The position numbers were made by a program, and so were the translations under genes. From NCBI GenBank assembly GCA_028599075.1, contig JAQRMW010000277.1:4272-68271 (forward strand): a DNA stretch of 64,000 bases. Direction: 5' to 3'. The first letter of the stretch is position 1. The number at the start of each line of letters is the position of its first letter. The stretch comes from Urechidicola sp. Lineage in GTDB: Bacteria > Bacteroidota > Bacteroidia > Flavobacteriales > Flavobacteriaceae. The notes under the pieces were generated by a model that was not told the DNA's origin, did not search any database, and saw nothing but the letters and a program-made list of their open reading frames with translations. Of this stretch, positions 18,592 to 29,278 are shown piece after piece.

Positions 18592-19056
18592 TTACTCACA
18601 CTCATTTATCCTCTTAGACCAATATTTATAAATCCTCTCTCTATTATTTGATTCAATAATTATTGAATCGTTGTTTACAGTCCAAGTTAAATTGTTTACT
18701 GTAAATTTATTTATTTCAGGAGCATCATCAAAGGGTTTATATGAATACTCCGTTTTAAAATACAATTCCTTCTCCCATAATTTAGTCAGCAAAACATGAG
18801 CTACTAGTGTTTTATCATTTGACTTTAATAAGTCAACCAAATAAGGAGAAGCATTTTTTCCATACTCTTCTACTTTTTGAGCATAATATCCTAACTTCAT
18901 TTGAGATGCAAAATTATTATAAATAATTCCAAAGGATTCTTGTGATAGCCTTTCTATTAAGCCTTCAATATCCTTATCATCAATAGGGTTAAGTAAATCT
19001 TGTGAATAAGAGTTGAAACTTGTTATTAATACGAAAACTAAATATATTTTTTTCAT
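18592..19056 (-). CDS. hypothetical secreted protein
   Basis: 154-aa ORF with the signal peptide MKKIYLVFVLITSFNSYSQ. I recognise no family. Confidence 0.5.
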   Translation of the reverse strand: MKKIYLVFVLITSFNSYSQDLLNPIDDKDIEGLIERLSQESFGIIYNNFASQMKLGYYAQKVEEYGKNASPYLVDLLKSNDKTLVAHVLLTKLWEKELYFKTEYSYKPFDDAPEINKFTVNNLTWTVNNDSIIIESNNRERIYKYWSKRINECE

Positions 19057-19091
19057 TTTTGTAATTTATAAAATAGTTTATTATAGACAAA

Positions 19092-20006
19092 TCATTTCAA
19101 ATCCATTTTTAGCTCATTCATTAAATCATTGTGTTGATGTTTGGCGTAGTTATACCCATCCATCCACCAACCCTTCATAATTTCCTTATCAAACACCAAT
19201 GAATTTACTGTCAATACAATTGGGGTGTAATATAAATTCAATTTTACATTGTGCTGTTTGGCATATAGTTTACCAATTGTAATGTTGTGCTTTTCTACAT
19301 GATCCATCATAAAGGCTTGGGTATTCATCAATACTGAAAACGAATTCTTAGCAGGAATACGATTCACTTGATTTTCTTCTGTTTCTAAAATAATGACATC
19401 AACTTCTTTTGCACCTCTTTTAATAGCTTCTCTAATGGGCACCAAGCATCCAAAACCACCATCTGCATAATGACAACCATTCTTTTTCATCAAACTCATA
19501 AAAGGAACATAGTTACACGATGCCCAAATCCAATCAGAAAAATCATCGTAAGTACAATCATTGATAGATTTATATTCAACTTCGTCAGTCGAAATATTTG
19601 ACACTGTTACAATAGCTTCTTTATCAGACTTTTTAACAGTATTAAAATGAGTTTCAGTAATTCGCTGTTTAATCAGTTTTCTTAGGTTTTTACTTTCACC
19701 AAAAGTTTTGCGACCCATTAAGAAATTCCAAAAAACATTTAAATGATTAATTCCAACCACTTTATGACCGTGTACTTTCTTGACAGTGATTGGACTATTA
19801 CTAAAAATTGAGCGCTGATTAACCGAGGTGTAAATATCTTTTAAGTCATCTAATTCTCCTAATGCCAAATGCGTAACCATCAAGCTTCCAGTAGAAGTGC
19901 CTAAAAACAAATCATATTCTTTTTTTTGATGCTGAATTAAATATTCAGCAACACCCCCTGCAAATGCACCTTTACTACCACCACCCGAAATTACTAAAGC
20001 TTTCAT
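19092..20006 (-). CDS. patatin-like phospholipase
   Basis: Oxyanion motif ISGGGSKGAF, the GTSTGS nucleophile elbow (GxSxG), and a downstream ADGGF (DGA/G) motif. Confidence 0.85.
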   Translation of the reverse strand: MKALVISGGGSKGAFAGGVAEYLIQHQKKEYDLFLGTSTGSLMVTHLALGELDDLKDIYTSVNQRSIFSNSPITVKKVHGHKVVGINHLNVFWNFLMGRKTFGESKNLRKLIKQRITETHFNTVKKSDKEAIVTVSNISTDEVEYKSINDCTYDDFSDWIWASCNYVPFMSLMKKNGCHYADGGFGCLVPIREAIKRGAKEVDVIILETEENQVNRIPAKNSFSVLMNTQAFMMDHVEKHNITIGKLYAKQHNVKLNLYYTPIVLTVNSLVFDKEIMKGWWMDGYNYAKHQHNDLMNELKMDLK

Positions 20007-20106
20007 CTTACTAGTTTATTGTATGTTTTATTATTTCTTTCAAATTAGTAAAACCCTAGATTTTTTATTTATTTTTGACCATCTAAACCACTCATAAAGA
20101 TACAAT

Positions 20107-21063
20107 ATGAAAATCAAATTCCTTCTATCCTTTGCATTCTTATTTTCAATTTTAACAACAAGTAATACAGCAGCTCAAAATACTTTTAATTTCAACATTA
20201 AAAACATGGCAAATGATAGTTGTATGATTGGATATTATTTGGGTGACAAACAATATGTTTTGGGTGATCATGGAAAAAATCAAATGATTTTAATCGATGC
20301 AAATGGTTATGGGAGTTTTACTAGAGATGATATAAAACCTGGAGTAATGCTACTTGTTTTCCCTCCTAGTAATGATTACGCTGAATTTATTTTTGAAGGA
20401 GAGGATTTGAATTTCACTTTAGACAGAAGTGATTTAGACTACTCTCTTGAAATAAATTCATTATCAAATATTTTGCTTAAAAAAAATAATTTAAAGATTC
20501 TATCATTGACTAACAAATATCAGGATTTAACACAAGCTAAAGCGAAAACTCCTGAATTAGATATTGAAAATGATTTAATTAAGATATCAGAAGAATTCAC
20601 TTCTTTTCAAAAGGGTTTAATAAATGACTATCCTGACAACTTATTTGTTAAGATGCTACTAGCAAATCAAGATGTTGAAATTCCGGAATCGATTACAGAT
20701 GATAAAGAGCAATATCTCTATTATAAAGAACACTTTTTTGATTATATTAATTTTAAAGATGATTGGCTTATCAGAACAAGTTTTTTCTACCCAAAAGTTT
20801 TGAGATATCTAGATGATTTAACATATAATTCTGTTGAGCATATCAATGAGTCTCTCGACTTAATTATCGACCGAACTGATGAGGAAAGTGAAATGTTTCA
20901 ATTTTTAGTGGTTAATCTATTAAACAAGTATGCCAATACTACTACTTATGATTATACAGATGTTTGGAAACATTTAGTAGAACAATACTATATCTCTGGC
21001 AAAGCAACTTGGGCAAGTGAAGAGCAACTACAAAAAATTATTGATAGTTATCACAAGAAGTAA
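20107..21063 (+). CDS. hypothetical secreted protein
   Basis: 318-aa ORF with a signal peptide (LLSFAFLFSILTTSNTAAQ). It possibly resembles the N-terminal non-catalytic part of TlpA-like Bacteroidota proteins, but there is no CxxC motif. Confidence 0.55.
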   Translation: MKIKFLLSFAFLFSILTTSNTAAQNTFNFNIKNMANDSCMIGYYLGDKQYVLGDHGKNQMILIDANGYGSFTRDDIKPGVMLLVFPPSNDYAEFIFEGEDLNFTLDRSDLDYSLEINSLSNILLKKNNLKILSLTNKYQDLTQAKAKTPELDIENDLIKISEEFTSFQKGLINDYPDNLFVKMLLANQDVEIPESITDDKEQYLYYKEHFFDYINFKDDWLIRTSFFYPKVLRYLDDLTYNSVEHINESLDLIIDRTDEESEMFQFLVVNLLNKYANTTTYDYTDVWKHLVEQYYISGKATWASEEQLQKIIDSYHKK

Positions 21064-21189
21064 TAGTACCTTTTATTTGTTTCTATTTCTAAAAAAATTT
21101 AATTAAAAAGAATTTTCATCAAGCTCAAATTGACAATACAAAATGAGTATTTTTGTACTAGTAAAATTACCTTATTTAAAAAATATATT

Positions 21190-22422
21190 ATGCAACACAT
21201 TATTGACAGATTTATAAGTTATATCAAGATAGATACACAATCAGACCCAAACAATCCTGATTTTCCGAGTACAGAAAAGCAATGGGATTTAGCTCATTTA
21301 CTAGTAGATGAACTAAAGCAAATTGGGATGCAAGATGTAAGTATTGATGAGCATTGTTATATCATGGCAACACTGCCTAGTAATGTAAGCCATAAAGTAC
21401 CAACTATTGGATTTATTGCTCATATTGATACGAGTCCAGATTATACAGGAACCAATGTAAATCCTCAAATACATAAAAATTACGATGGTAAAGACATTGT
21501 TTTAAGTGAAGATGAAAACATAGTTTTATCTCCAGATTATTTTGAAGATTTACTTTTATATAAAGGTCAAACGTTAATTACAACTGATGGCACTACCCTT
21601 TTAGGTGCAGATGATAAAGCAGGAATTACAGAGATTGTTTCGGCTATGGAATACCTAATTCAACATCCAGAGATTAAGCATGGAGAAATTAGAATTGGTT
21701 TTACCCCTGATGAAGAAGTTGGCAAAGGTGCTCATAAATTTGATGTAGAAAAATTTGGAGCCGAATGGGCTTACACGATGGATGGAAGTCAGGTTGGAGA
21801 ACTAGAATATGAAAATTTTAACGCTGCAGGTGCTGTTGTAACCATCAACGGTAAAATTGTACATCCAGGATATGCAAAAGGTAAAATGATAAATTCAATG
21901 CTAATAGCTCAAGAATTTATTGCTGCATTACCAAAAAATGAAATTCCACAAGAAACAGAGGGTTATGAAGGTTTCTTTCATTTACACACTATGAAAGGTG
22001 AAGTTGAAAAAACTGTTTTAGAATATATTATTCGTGACCACGATATGGAATTATTTCAAGTACGTAAAAAACAATTTGAGCAAGTTGTAAAAGATTTGAA
22101 TGCTAAATTGGGTTCTGAAATAATTCAAGTTGAAATCAAAGATCAATATTTCAACATGAAAGAAAAGGTAGAACCTGTGATGCATATTGTTGATATTGCA
22201 GAAGAAGCTATGAAAGCCCTAAACATAAAGCCTTTAATTAAAGCAATTAGAGGTGGTACTGATGGCTCTCAACTTTCATATAAAGGATTACCTTGTCCAA
22301 ATATTTTTGCTGGCGGACATAATTTTCATGGGCGCTATGAATATGTTGCTGCTGAATCTATTCAAAAAGCAACCGATGTAGTTATTAAAATTGCAGAATT
22401 GACCTCTCAGAAATATAGCTAA
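21190..22422 (+). CDS. pepT: peptidase T (tripeptide aminopeptidase, M20B)
   Basis: The N-terminus [13 protein letters not shown], plus AHIDTSPD and GADDKAGI motifs. The start is set at ATG 21190 (MQHIIDRF...); the ORF-track ORF begins at 21130. Confidence 0.9.
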   Translation: MQHIIDRFISYIKIDTQSDPNNPDFPSTEKQWDLAHLLVDELKQIGMQDVSIDEHCYIMATLPSNVSHKVPTIGFIAHIDTSPDYTGTNVNPQIHKNYDGKDIVLSEDENIVLSPDYFEDLLLYKGQTLITTDGTTLLGADDKAGITEIVSAMEYLIQHPEIKHGEIRIGFTPDEEVGKGAHKFDVEKFGAEWAYTMDGSQVGELEYENFNAAGAVVTINGKIVHPGYAKGKMINSMLIAQEFIAALPKNEIPQETEGYEGFFHLHTMKGEVEKTVLEYIIRDHDMELFQVRKKQFEQVVKDLNAKLGSEIIQVEIKDQYFNMKEKVEPVMHIVDIAEEAMKALNIKPLIKAIRGGTDGSQLSYKGLPCPNIFAGGHNFHGRYEYVAAESIQKATDVVIKIAELTSQKYS

Positions 22423-22546
22423 TTGTGCCATTTAGATTGCTTATTAGATTTGTAAATTATTTAACAATCTAATTTATTCTGATAAAAACCTATTGAAATT
22501 ATCTTATTAATAAGGATTATTACAATCTTTGCTTTTCAAAAAATTA

Positions 22547-23761
22547 ATGAATATGCAAAACTCACAACTGATATCATTTGCTGAACAATTTGGCAGCCCC
22601 CTATATGTATATGATGCTGATATAATTGAAAGGCAGTTTAAAAGAATGACAGATGCTTTCTCTGATGTTCATCAATTAAAACTAAATTATGCAGTCAAGG
22701 CAAATAGCAATTTGGCAATCTTAAAGGTTTTAAAAAATTTAAAAGCCGGTGCAGATGCAGTTTCTATTCAAGAAGTAAAATTGTGTTTAAAAGCTGGTTT
22801 TAAGCCTAACGAAATTCATTATACTCCTTCGGGTATTTCATTTGAAGAAATGGAAGAGGCAGTTTCACTCGGAGTAAAAATTACACTAGACAACTTATCT
22901 ATTTTAGAGAAATTCGGAAATAAATATCCCGAAATCTCTGTGTGTATTAGAATTAATCCACATGTTATGGCAGGTGGAAATCATAAAATATCAGTAGGTC
23001 ATATTGATTCTAAATTCGGAATTTCTATTTATCAGATTGAAAATATAAAAGAAGTGATTGCTAAAACCGGAACGGTGATTAATGGTATTCACATGCATAC
23101 GGGTTCAGATATTTATAATATTGATGCATTTATACAAGCAACTGAAATTTTATTGGGAGTTGTTGAACAATTCGACACCATAGAATTTGTTGATTTCGGC
23201 AGCGGATTTAAAGTTCCTTATAAAGACGGTGATATTGAAACTAATATTGAGAAAATGGGTGAACGCATTGGCAAACGCTTCAATGAATTTTGCAAAGATT
23301 ATGGACGTGACTTGACCTTGATTTTTGAACCTGGCAAATATTTAGTAAGTGCCTCTGGTAGTTTTTTAGTAAAAGTAAATGTTGTAAAAGCAACTCCTAA
23401 TTCTGTTTTTGTTGGTGTTGATAGTGGGCTAAACCATTTGATACGACCAATGATGTACGATGCATATCATCACATTACAAATATTTCAAATACAGATAAT
23501 AGTGAGCAAAAAGTATATTCTGTTGTAGGCTATATTTGTGAGAATGACACTTTAGGACATAATAGAAAAATAAATATTGTTTCTGAAGGCGACTTACTCA
23601 GAATTCACAATGCAGGAGCATATAGTTATTCTATGGCATCTAATTATAACTCACGTTATAGACCTGCAGAAGTAATGACTTATAAAGGAAAAGATTATAT
23701 AATTAGAAAACGAGAAACTTTTGATGATTTACTAAGTAATCAATTAGAGATAGATTTGTAA
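22547..23761 (+). CDS. lysA: diaminopimelate decarboxylase
   Basis: Orn/DAP/Arg decarboxylase fold-III signatures (YAVKANSN, HTGS, EPGKYLV, YICENDTLG). The start is probably ATG 22547 or 22553; the ORF-track TTG is at 22529. Confidence 0.9.
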   Translation: MNMQNSQLISFAEQFGSPLYVYDADIIERQFKRMTDAFSDVHQLKLNYAVKANSNLAILKVLKNLKAGADAVSIQEVKLCLKAGFKPNEIHYTPSGISFEEMEEAVSLGVKITLDNLSILEKFGNKYPEISVCIRINPHVMAGGNHKISVGHIDSKFGISIYQIENIKEVIAKTGTVINGIHMHTGSDIYNIDAFIQATEILLGVVEQFDTIEFVDFGSGFKVPYKDGDIETNIEKMGERIGKRFNEFCKDYGRDLTLIFEPGKYLVSASGSFLVKVNVVKATPNSVFVGVDSGLNHLIRPMMYDAYHHITNISNTDNSEQKVYSVVGYICENDTLGHNRKINIVSEGDLLRIHNAGAYSYSMASNYNSRYRPAEVMTYKGKDYIIRKRETFDDLLSNQLEIDL

Positions 23762-23775
23762 CATTAAAAAATTAC

Positions 23776-24438
23776 TTATTTCAACAACTCAATTGTTTTT
23801 CTATTGAACTTAATTATTCCTTCATCTTTCAATTCATTCATAATGATATTTAAAGTGGGGCGCGAAGTGCCAATCAAGCAAGAAATTTCTTTTTGTGTAT
23901 AAGGGTGTTCAATTACCATATGTCCTTTCTCATCACAATCAAAGCCAAAATCGTCACATAAGTCTTGTAAGAATTCTATCAATCTTGTTTTAGCATCCTT
24001 GTATAAAAGAAGTTGTAATCTTCTTTCTAATTTTTTAATTCTAAAATTGATGAACTTATAAAATCCCAAAGCAAATTTTCGGTCATCACGAATTAAATCT
24101 TGTAAAGTTGTTGCGTCTATTGGGCAAATTGAAGTGCTGGTTTTTATGGCCTGGGCAAATTCATTCCTAGTTTCCTCTCCCAAAACAGCTTTCTCTCCAA
24201 ACAATTCACCTTTTGACAAAATAGCTTTTACAACTTCATCCCCACCTTCGGTATAATACCCTAGTTTTACTTTTCCTTCATTAATTAAATAAACTTTACT
24301 TGCAGATTCATTAGCAAAATATACATAATCGTTCTTCTTATATAAGTTGAACTCATGTGTCTCTTTAAAGGCTTTAAATTTATGAGGACATAATATTTTA
24401 AAAAGATTGACACACTCTAAATACCAAATATTTTTCAT
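23776..24438 (-). CDS. Crp/Fnr-family transcriptional regulator
   Basis: cNMP-binding-like N-terminal domain (GELFGEKAVLGEE) and a C-terminal HTH (TQKEISCLIGTSRPTLNIIMNELKDEGII). Confidence 0.85.
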   Translation of the reverse strand: MKNIWYLECVNLFKILCPHKFKAFKETHEFNLYKKNDYVYFANESASKVYLINEGKVKLGYYTEGGDEVVKAILSKGELFGEKAVLGEETRNEFAQAIKTSTSICPIDATTLQDLIRDDRKFALGFYKFINFRIKKLERRLQLLLYKDAKTRLIEFLQDLCDDFGFDCDEKGHMVIEHPYTQKEISCLIGTSRPTLNIIMNELKDEGIIKFNRKTIELLK

Positions 24439-24461
24439 ATCAATAAGTAGTCGTAGAAATT

Positions 24462-24496
24462 AAAAAAACTCACAAGTAACTTGTGAGTTTTTTTTA
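24462..24496 (-). terminator. rho-independent terminator downstream of aconitase (bidirectional shape)
   Basis: AAAAAAACTCACAAG taa CTTGTGAGTTTTTTTT: a perfect stem flanked by an A-run and a T-run. Confidence 0.8.
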
Positions 24497-24517
24497 AATT
24501 ATTTTCTTTTTTAGAAA

Positions 24518-26779
24518 TTAAGCGTTTTGCTTTTTAATCAAATTTAAAGCAGACCCTTCGTTGTACCATTCTATCTGACCTTGATTATAAGTGTGATTCA
24601 ATTTGATAGTATCTGAAGATCCGTCAGCATGAACTATCGCTAAAGTCAATTGCTTGTTTGGAGCAAACTCACTTAAGTCAGTAAAGTTGAATGTATCATC
24701 TTCTTGAATTAAATCATAATCACTTTCATTAGCAAATGTCAATCCTAGCATACCTTGTTTCTTCAAGTTTGTTTCGTGGATTCTTGCAAAAGATTTAACG
24801 ATTACAGCAACTACACCTAAATGTCTCGGCTCCATTGCAGCATGTTCTCTAGAAGACCCTTCACCATAATTATGATCACCAACAACAATAGATTTTACCC
24901 CTGCAGCTTTATATGCTCTAGCTGTATCTGGCACAGCGCCAAATTCTCCTGTCATTTGATTTTTTACTTTATTTGTAGCTTTACCAAAAGTATTTACAGC
25001 ACCAATTAAGCAGTTGTTAGAAATATTATCTAAATGACCTCTAAAACGCAACCAAGGTCCCGCCATAGAAATATGGTCTGTCGTACATTTTCCAAATGCT
25101 TTTATTAATAGTTTAGCTCCGCTAATATCATTTCCTATCGGAGTAAATGGAGTTAGCAATTCTAACCTTTCAGAATCTGAAGCAACTGTAACTTGCACTC
25201 CGCTGCCATCTGCCATCGGTGCAACAAAACCAGCATCTTCAACTGAAAATCCTTTTGGAGGCAATTCCAAACCTGTTGGTTCTTCTAACATTACTTCATC
25301 ACCATTTTGGTTAATTAGAGTATCTGTTAACGGGTTAAAATCTAATCGTCCAGAAATTGCAACTGCAGCTACCATTGATGGAGAGCCAACAAATGCATGT
25401 GTATTTGGATTACCATCAGCACGTTTAGAAAAGTTTCTATTGAACGAGTGTACAATCGTATTTTTTTCTTGATCCTCTGCTCCTTCTCTTGCCCATTGAC
25501 CAATACATGGCCCACAAGCATTCGTAAATATTTTAGCGTTTAAATCTTCAAAGGCTTTTAACAAGCCATCTCTTTCGGCAGTATAACGCACTTGCTCAGA
25601 ACCCGGATTGATACCAAACTCTGCTTTGGTTACTAAGTTTTTATCTACAGCCTGTTTTGCAACTGAAGCTGCTCTAGCTAAATCTTCATAAGATGAATTG
25701 GTACAAGAACCAATCAATCCCCATTCTACTTTTAAAGGCCAATCATTTGCTTTCGCTTTCTCTGTCATTTCTCCAACAGGAGTTGCTAAATCTGGAGTGA
25801 ACGGTCCGTTTAAGTGTGGTTTTAATTCGTCTAGGTTTAATTCGATTACCTGATCAAAATAGTTCTCAGGGTTTTCATACACTTCAGCATCCCCAGTTAA
25901 ATAAGGTGCAATTACATTGGCTGCATCAGCCACATCATCACGTCCAGTTGAACGCAAGTAACGCTCTACAGATTCGTCATATCCAAAGGTTGAAGTTGTA
26001 GCTCCAATCTCAGCACCCATATTACAAATAGTTCCTTTTCCGGTAGCAGACATTGACTTAGCTCCTTCTCCAAAATATTCTACAATACATCCTGTACCTC
26101 CTTTTGCAGTTAAGATTCCTGCAACTTTTAAAATAACATCTTTTGGAGCAGTCCAACCAGATAATTTTCCAGTTAGTTTTACCCCAATCAATTTTGGAAA
26201 TTTTAATTCCCAAGGCATTCCTGCCATTACATCGACAGCATCAGCACCACCTACTCCAATAGCAATCATTCCTAATCCACCAGCATTAACTGTATGTGAA
26301 TCGGTACCAATCATCATCCCTCCTGGGAATGCATAATTTTCTAAAACAACTTGATGTATAATTCCTGCACCTGGTTTCCAAAAACCGATTCCGTATTTAT
26401 TTGATACAGATGCTAAAAAATTAAACACCTCACTACTTGTATTCATGGCATTTTGCAAATCTTTATCGGCTCCCATTTTAGCTTGTATCAAGTGATCACA
26501 ATGCACCGTTGTAGGTACAGCAACTTTTGATTTACCTGCCTGCATAAATTGTAACAAAGCCATCTGAGCAGTTGCATCTTGACACGCTATGCGGTCTGGT
26601 GCAAAATCTACATAGTCTTTTCCTCTTTCAAATGCTGCTGATGGATTACCATCCCACAAGTGGTTATATAATATTTTTTCAGATAAAGTTAAAGGCTTGC
26701 CAACAGCTGCTTTTGCAGCATCAACACGTTCGGTCATTCTAGCATAAACCTCTTTGATCATTTCTATATCAAATGCCAT
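24518..26779 (-). CDS. acnA: aconitate hydratase (roughly 750-aa mitochondrial-type aconitase)
   Basis: Aconitase motifs [37 protein letters not shown] and GSSREHAA. The start is set at ATG 26779 ([10 protein letters not shown]...). Confidence 0.95.
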   Translation of the reverse strand: MAFDIEMIKEVYARMTERVDAAKAAVGKPLTLSEKILYNHLWDGNPSAAFERGKDYVDFAPDRIACQDATAQMALLQFMQAGKSKVAVPTTVHCDHLIQAKMGADKDLQNAMNTSSEVFNFLASVSNKYGIGFWKPGAGIIHQVVLENYAFPGGMMIGTDSHTVNAGGLGMIAIGVGGADAVDVMAGMPWELKFPKLIGVKLTGKLSGWTAPKDVILKVAGILTAKGGTGCIVEYFGEGAKSMSATGKGTICNMGAEIGATTSTFGYDESVERYLRSTGRDDVADAANVIAPYLTGDAEVYENPENYFDQVIELNLDELKPHLNGPFTPDLATPVGEMTEKAKANDWPLKVEWGLIGSCTNSSYEDLARAASVAKQAVDKNLVTKAEFGINPGSEQVRYTAERDGLLKAFEDLNAKIFTNACGPCIGQWAREGAEDQEKNTIVHSFNRNFSKRADGNPNTHAFVGSPSMVAAVAISGRLDFNPLTDTLINQNGDEVMLEEPTGLELPPKGFSVEDAGFVAPMADGSGVQVTVASDSERLELLTPFTPIGNDISGAKLLIKAFGKCTTDHISMAGPWLRFRGHLDNISNNCLIGAVNTFGKATNKVKNQMTGEFGAVPDTARAYKAAGVKSIVVGDHNYGEGSSREHAAMEPRHLGVVAVIVKSFARIHETNLKKQGMLGLTFANESDYDLIQEDDTFNFTDLSEFAPNKQLTLAIVHADGSSDTIKLNHTYNQGQIEWYNEGSALNLIKKQNA

Positions 26780-26893
26780 ATTTTTCGTTTTTAAATTGTT
26801 GCACAAAAATACGAAAATCAGACATTATTTGTAAGATAATAAGGCGATAAAAAAATGTAATAATTACACACATTTTTTATAAAAAAAAGAAAA

Positions 26894-27211
26894 AAACAGA
26901 CCTATAAGCCGGATTCTGTAACCAATAACATGGTTTCTTATCATTTATCTAAATCATCAATTACTCGATGATTTTATCTGCCTACCCCTTGAAATTGAGC
27001 GAGTCGCTCTTACCTATAAATAGGGTTTCAATATACGTGGCATTGCACCGCATAGAGTTTACCTGGTTTCACTACAGCCTAACTGTACTTGCTTTCTGTT
27101 GCACTTGTCCTTTCGTGCCTAAGCACGATGACGGATGTTATCCGCTATGCTACTCTATGGTGTCCGGACTTTCCTCTCCACAATTAAGTGCAGCGATAAG
27201 ACAGTCTGTTT
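26894..27211 (-). ncRNA. rnpB: RNase P RNA (bacterial type A)
   Basis: The minus strand reads AAACAGACUGUC...GGAGAGGAAAGUCCGGACACCAUAGAG...AGUGCAACAGAAAGCAAG...GGUAAGAGCG...ACAGAAUCCGGCUUAUAGGUCUGUUU. These are the universally conserved CR-I (GAAAGUCCGG), CR-II/III (AGUGCAACAGAAAG) and CR-V (ACAGAAUCCGGCUUAU) blocks, and the P1 helix is closed by AAACAGAC/GUCUGUUU. The ends are accurate to about +/-5 nt. Confidence 0.85.
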
Positions 27212-27217
27212 ATATGG

Positions 27218-27225
27218 CAAAAATA
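27218..27225 (-). promoter_or_regulatory. candidate Bacteroidota -7 promoter box for rnpB
   Basis: The minus strand reads TATTTTTG, which matches TAnnTTTG, about 7 nt upstream of the inferred rnpB 5' end. There is no clean -33 TTG. Confidence 0.4.
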
Positions 27226-27230
27226 CTAAT

Positions 27231-27259
27231 AAAAAAACCCACCTAATTACTTAGATGGG
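27231..27259 (-). terminator. rho-independent terminator downstream of dnaJ
   Basis: The minus strand reads CCCAUCUAA guaa UUAGGUGGG (9-bp stem, one mismatch) followed by UUUUUUU. Confidence 0.75.
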
Positions 27260-27378
27260 AAAATTGCTATGAAAAAGAAAAAGTATTATTAATCATAGAA
27301 TGATTAATAAACTTATTCCAAATATAGATAAAAATAAATTACATGCAACCTCTTGCCCATTATTTTTATCAAAATAAT

Positions 27379-28524
27379 TTATGAAAACATATCTTTTACT
27401 TTTTCGAAAAACGACTTATCTGATTTTGAGGGATTTGGAGCGAAATTTTCATCCTCTAAATTTTCTTCAAAAAAAGATTTTTGGTCTTTATTTAAGTTTT
27501 GTGGTGTCCATAAATTGATATGAACCAACAAATCTCCTGTACCATAACGCTCTATACTTGGTAATCCTTTTCCTCGTAATCTTAATATTTTTCCAGATTG
27601 AGTTCCAGAATCTATTTTGATTTTAACCTTTCCTGTTACCGCTACAATTTCTTTTGATGCTCCCAAAACAGCTTCTGAAAGATTCACATATAAATCGTAA
27701 TGAAGGTTCATTCCCTCTCTCGTCAATGAATCATGAGATAACTCTTCTATGACTACTAACAAATCTCCTGCAACACTGTTTTTACCTGGAGCTTCATTTC
27801 CTTTTCCAGTCACTTTTAACTGAATTCCGTCAGATACTCCTGCAGGAATTTTAATACCTACTGTTTCTTCTTTTAAAATCATTCCATTGGCATCAGAACC
27901 CTTTGGTCTTTTTTCAATAGATTGTCCTGCACCATGACATTTTGGGCAAGTTGCAGCAGTTTGCATACGCCCCAATATTGTATTGGTTACTTGCATTACT
28001 TGTCCTTGTCCATTACAGGTATCACAAGTTTTAAAAGTAGCACCATCGGCTTGTACTTTTCTTTTAACTTTTACTTTTTTCTCAACTCCGTTTGCAATAT
28101 CAGCAAGTGTAACTTTAACTCTAATACGCATATTACTACCTTTAACTCGTGCAGTTCTTCTAGAACCACCACCGCCAAAACCACCAAAGCCTCCACCATG
28201 ACCACCAAAAATATCTCCGAATTGGCTGAATATATCTTCCATATTCATTCCTCCTCCTCCGAATCCACCGCCAAAACCGCCAGCGCCTGCTCCGCCGTTT
28301 TCAAATGCCGCATGACCGTATTGATCGTATCGTGCTTTTTTATTATCGTCGCTTAAAACTTCATAAGCCTCAGCAGCTTTTTTAAAATTTTCTTCAGCTG
28401 CCTTATCTCCTGGATTTTTATCTGGATGGTATTTTATAGCTTTTTTACGGTATGCTTTTTTTATTTCAGCTGCCGTTGCACTTTTGTCTATCTTTAATAT
28501 TTCGTAATAATCTTGTTTAGCCAT
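27379..28524 (-). CDS. dnaJ: molecular chaperone DnaJ
   Basis: J-domain (DYYEIL...[19 protein letters not shown]), a G/F-rich linker, and four CxxCxGxG zinc-finger motifs. Confidence 0.95.
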   Translation of the reverse strand: MAKQDYYEILKIDKSATAAEIKKAYRKKAIKYHPDKNPGDKAAEENFKKAAEAYEVLSDDNKKARYDQYGHAAFENGGAGAGGFGGGFGGGGMNMEDIFSQFGDIFGGHGGGFGGFGGGGSRRTARVKGSNMRIRVKVTLADIANGVEKKVKVKRKVQADGATFKTCDTCNGQGQVMQVTNTILGRMQTAATCPKCHGAGQSIEKRPKGSDANGMILKEETVGIKIPAGVSDGIQLKVTGKGNEAPGKNSVAGDLLVVIEELSHDSLTREGMNLHYDLYVNLSEAVLGASKEIVAVTGKVKIKIDSGTQSGKILRLRGKGLPSIERYGTGDLLVHINLWTPQNLNKDQKSFFEENLEDENFAPNPSKSDKSFFEKVKDMFS

Positions 28525-28559
28525 TATCTTAATCTAGTAGTCATTTTAATGACGTTAAT

Positions 28560-29099
28560 TTATTGTCCAATTACCACTTTTGGGAAACGGATGATGCGAT
28601 CTCCAAGCTTATATCCTTTTTCTATCACATCAATAATTTTACCCTTCATCTTTTTTGAAGGTGCAGGAATTTGAGTTATTGCTTCATGAATTTCTGCATC
28701 AAAAGTATCACCAACTTTAGCATCAGCATCACTCAAGCCTTTTTGAGTTAAAGTTGATTTTAATTTAGAATTGATCAAGTCCATCCCTTTTAACAACTCT
28801 TTATCTTTTGCCTTTTTAATTTCTGCAAGCCCTCTGTCAAAATCATCTAAAATTGGCAATAAGACTGTCATTAATTCTTGATTGGCAGTTCTGTATAAAT
28901 CCATACGCTCTTTAGAAGTACGCTTTTTGTAATTTTCAAACTCTGCAAACAATCTTAAAAACTTATCCTTTTCTTGTGCCACCAATTCTTCAGCAGTTGG
29001 CTTGTTTACCTTTTGCTCTTGATTTTCTTTGGTTTGTGTACCTTTTATTTCTTCAGTTTGGATTTCTTTCTCATCCAAATTTTCTTTATTATCACTCAT
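28560..29099 (-). CDS. grpE: nucleotide exchange factor GrpE
   Basis: GrpE signature (RLFAEFENYKKRTSKE...LLPILDDFDRGL...GYKLGDRIIRFPKVVIG). It lies directly upstream of dnaJ. Confidence 0.95.
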   Translation of the reverse strand: MSDNKENLDEKEIQTEEIKGTQTKENQEQKVNKPTAEELVAQEKDKFLRLFAEFENYKKRTSKERMDLYRTANQELMTVLLPILDDFDRGLAEIKKAKDKELLKGMDLINSKLKSTLTQKGLSDADAKVGDTFDAEIHEAITQIPAPSKKMKGKIIDVIEKGYKLGDRIIRFPKVVIGQ

Positions 29100-29215
29100 A
29101 CTATTTGTTTATAAAAATAATCTTCGATTATGGTTTGCAAATTTATTGCCAATTCTACTTTTATGACAGGATGTCACGAGAAAAAATCTAATTGATTTTT
29201 TAAATCTCAAAAATA

Positions 29216-29259
29216 AAAAACCCAAATCTCAATTTTATAAAATTTGGAATTTGGGTTTT
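29216..29259 (-). terminator. rho-independent terminator downstream of murA
   Basis: AAAAACCCAAAT ... ATTTGGGTTTT stem. On the minus strand a U-run follows (UUUUUUAUUUUUG). Confidence 0.75.
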
Positions 29260-29278
29260 GAAATTTGATACTTATATA

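Noticed and set aside
19092-20006. The patatin-like phospholipase as the effector of a CBASS-type or other defence system
   Set aside because: No cyclase, sensor, NTPase or other defence-associated gene is adjacent. The neighbours are a small secreted protein and the leu operon, so it is more likely a lipid-metabolism or housekeeping lipase.
22423-22546. A lysine riboswitch upstream of lysA, or a T-box or classical poly-Leu attenuator upstream of leuC
   Set aside because: I could not find the conserved cores of these elements by eye. The lysA leader is only about 120 nt and contains just a weak TTAGATT/AATCTAA hairpin that probably terminates pepT. This should be confirmed with covariance models.
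26968-27246. 92-aa plus-strand ORF in the acn-dnaJ spacer
   Set aside because: It lies entirely over the minus-strand RNase P RNA, whose conserved blocks GGAAAGTCCGG, AGTGCAACAGAAAG and ACAGAATCCGGCTTAT are present. The ORF is a by-product of the relatively GC-rich structured RNA gene.
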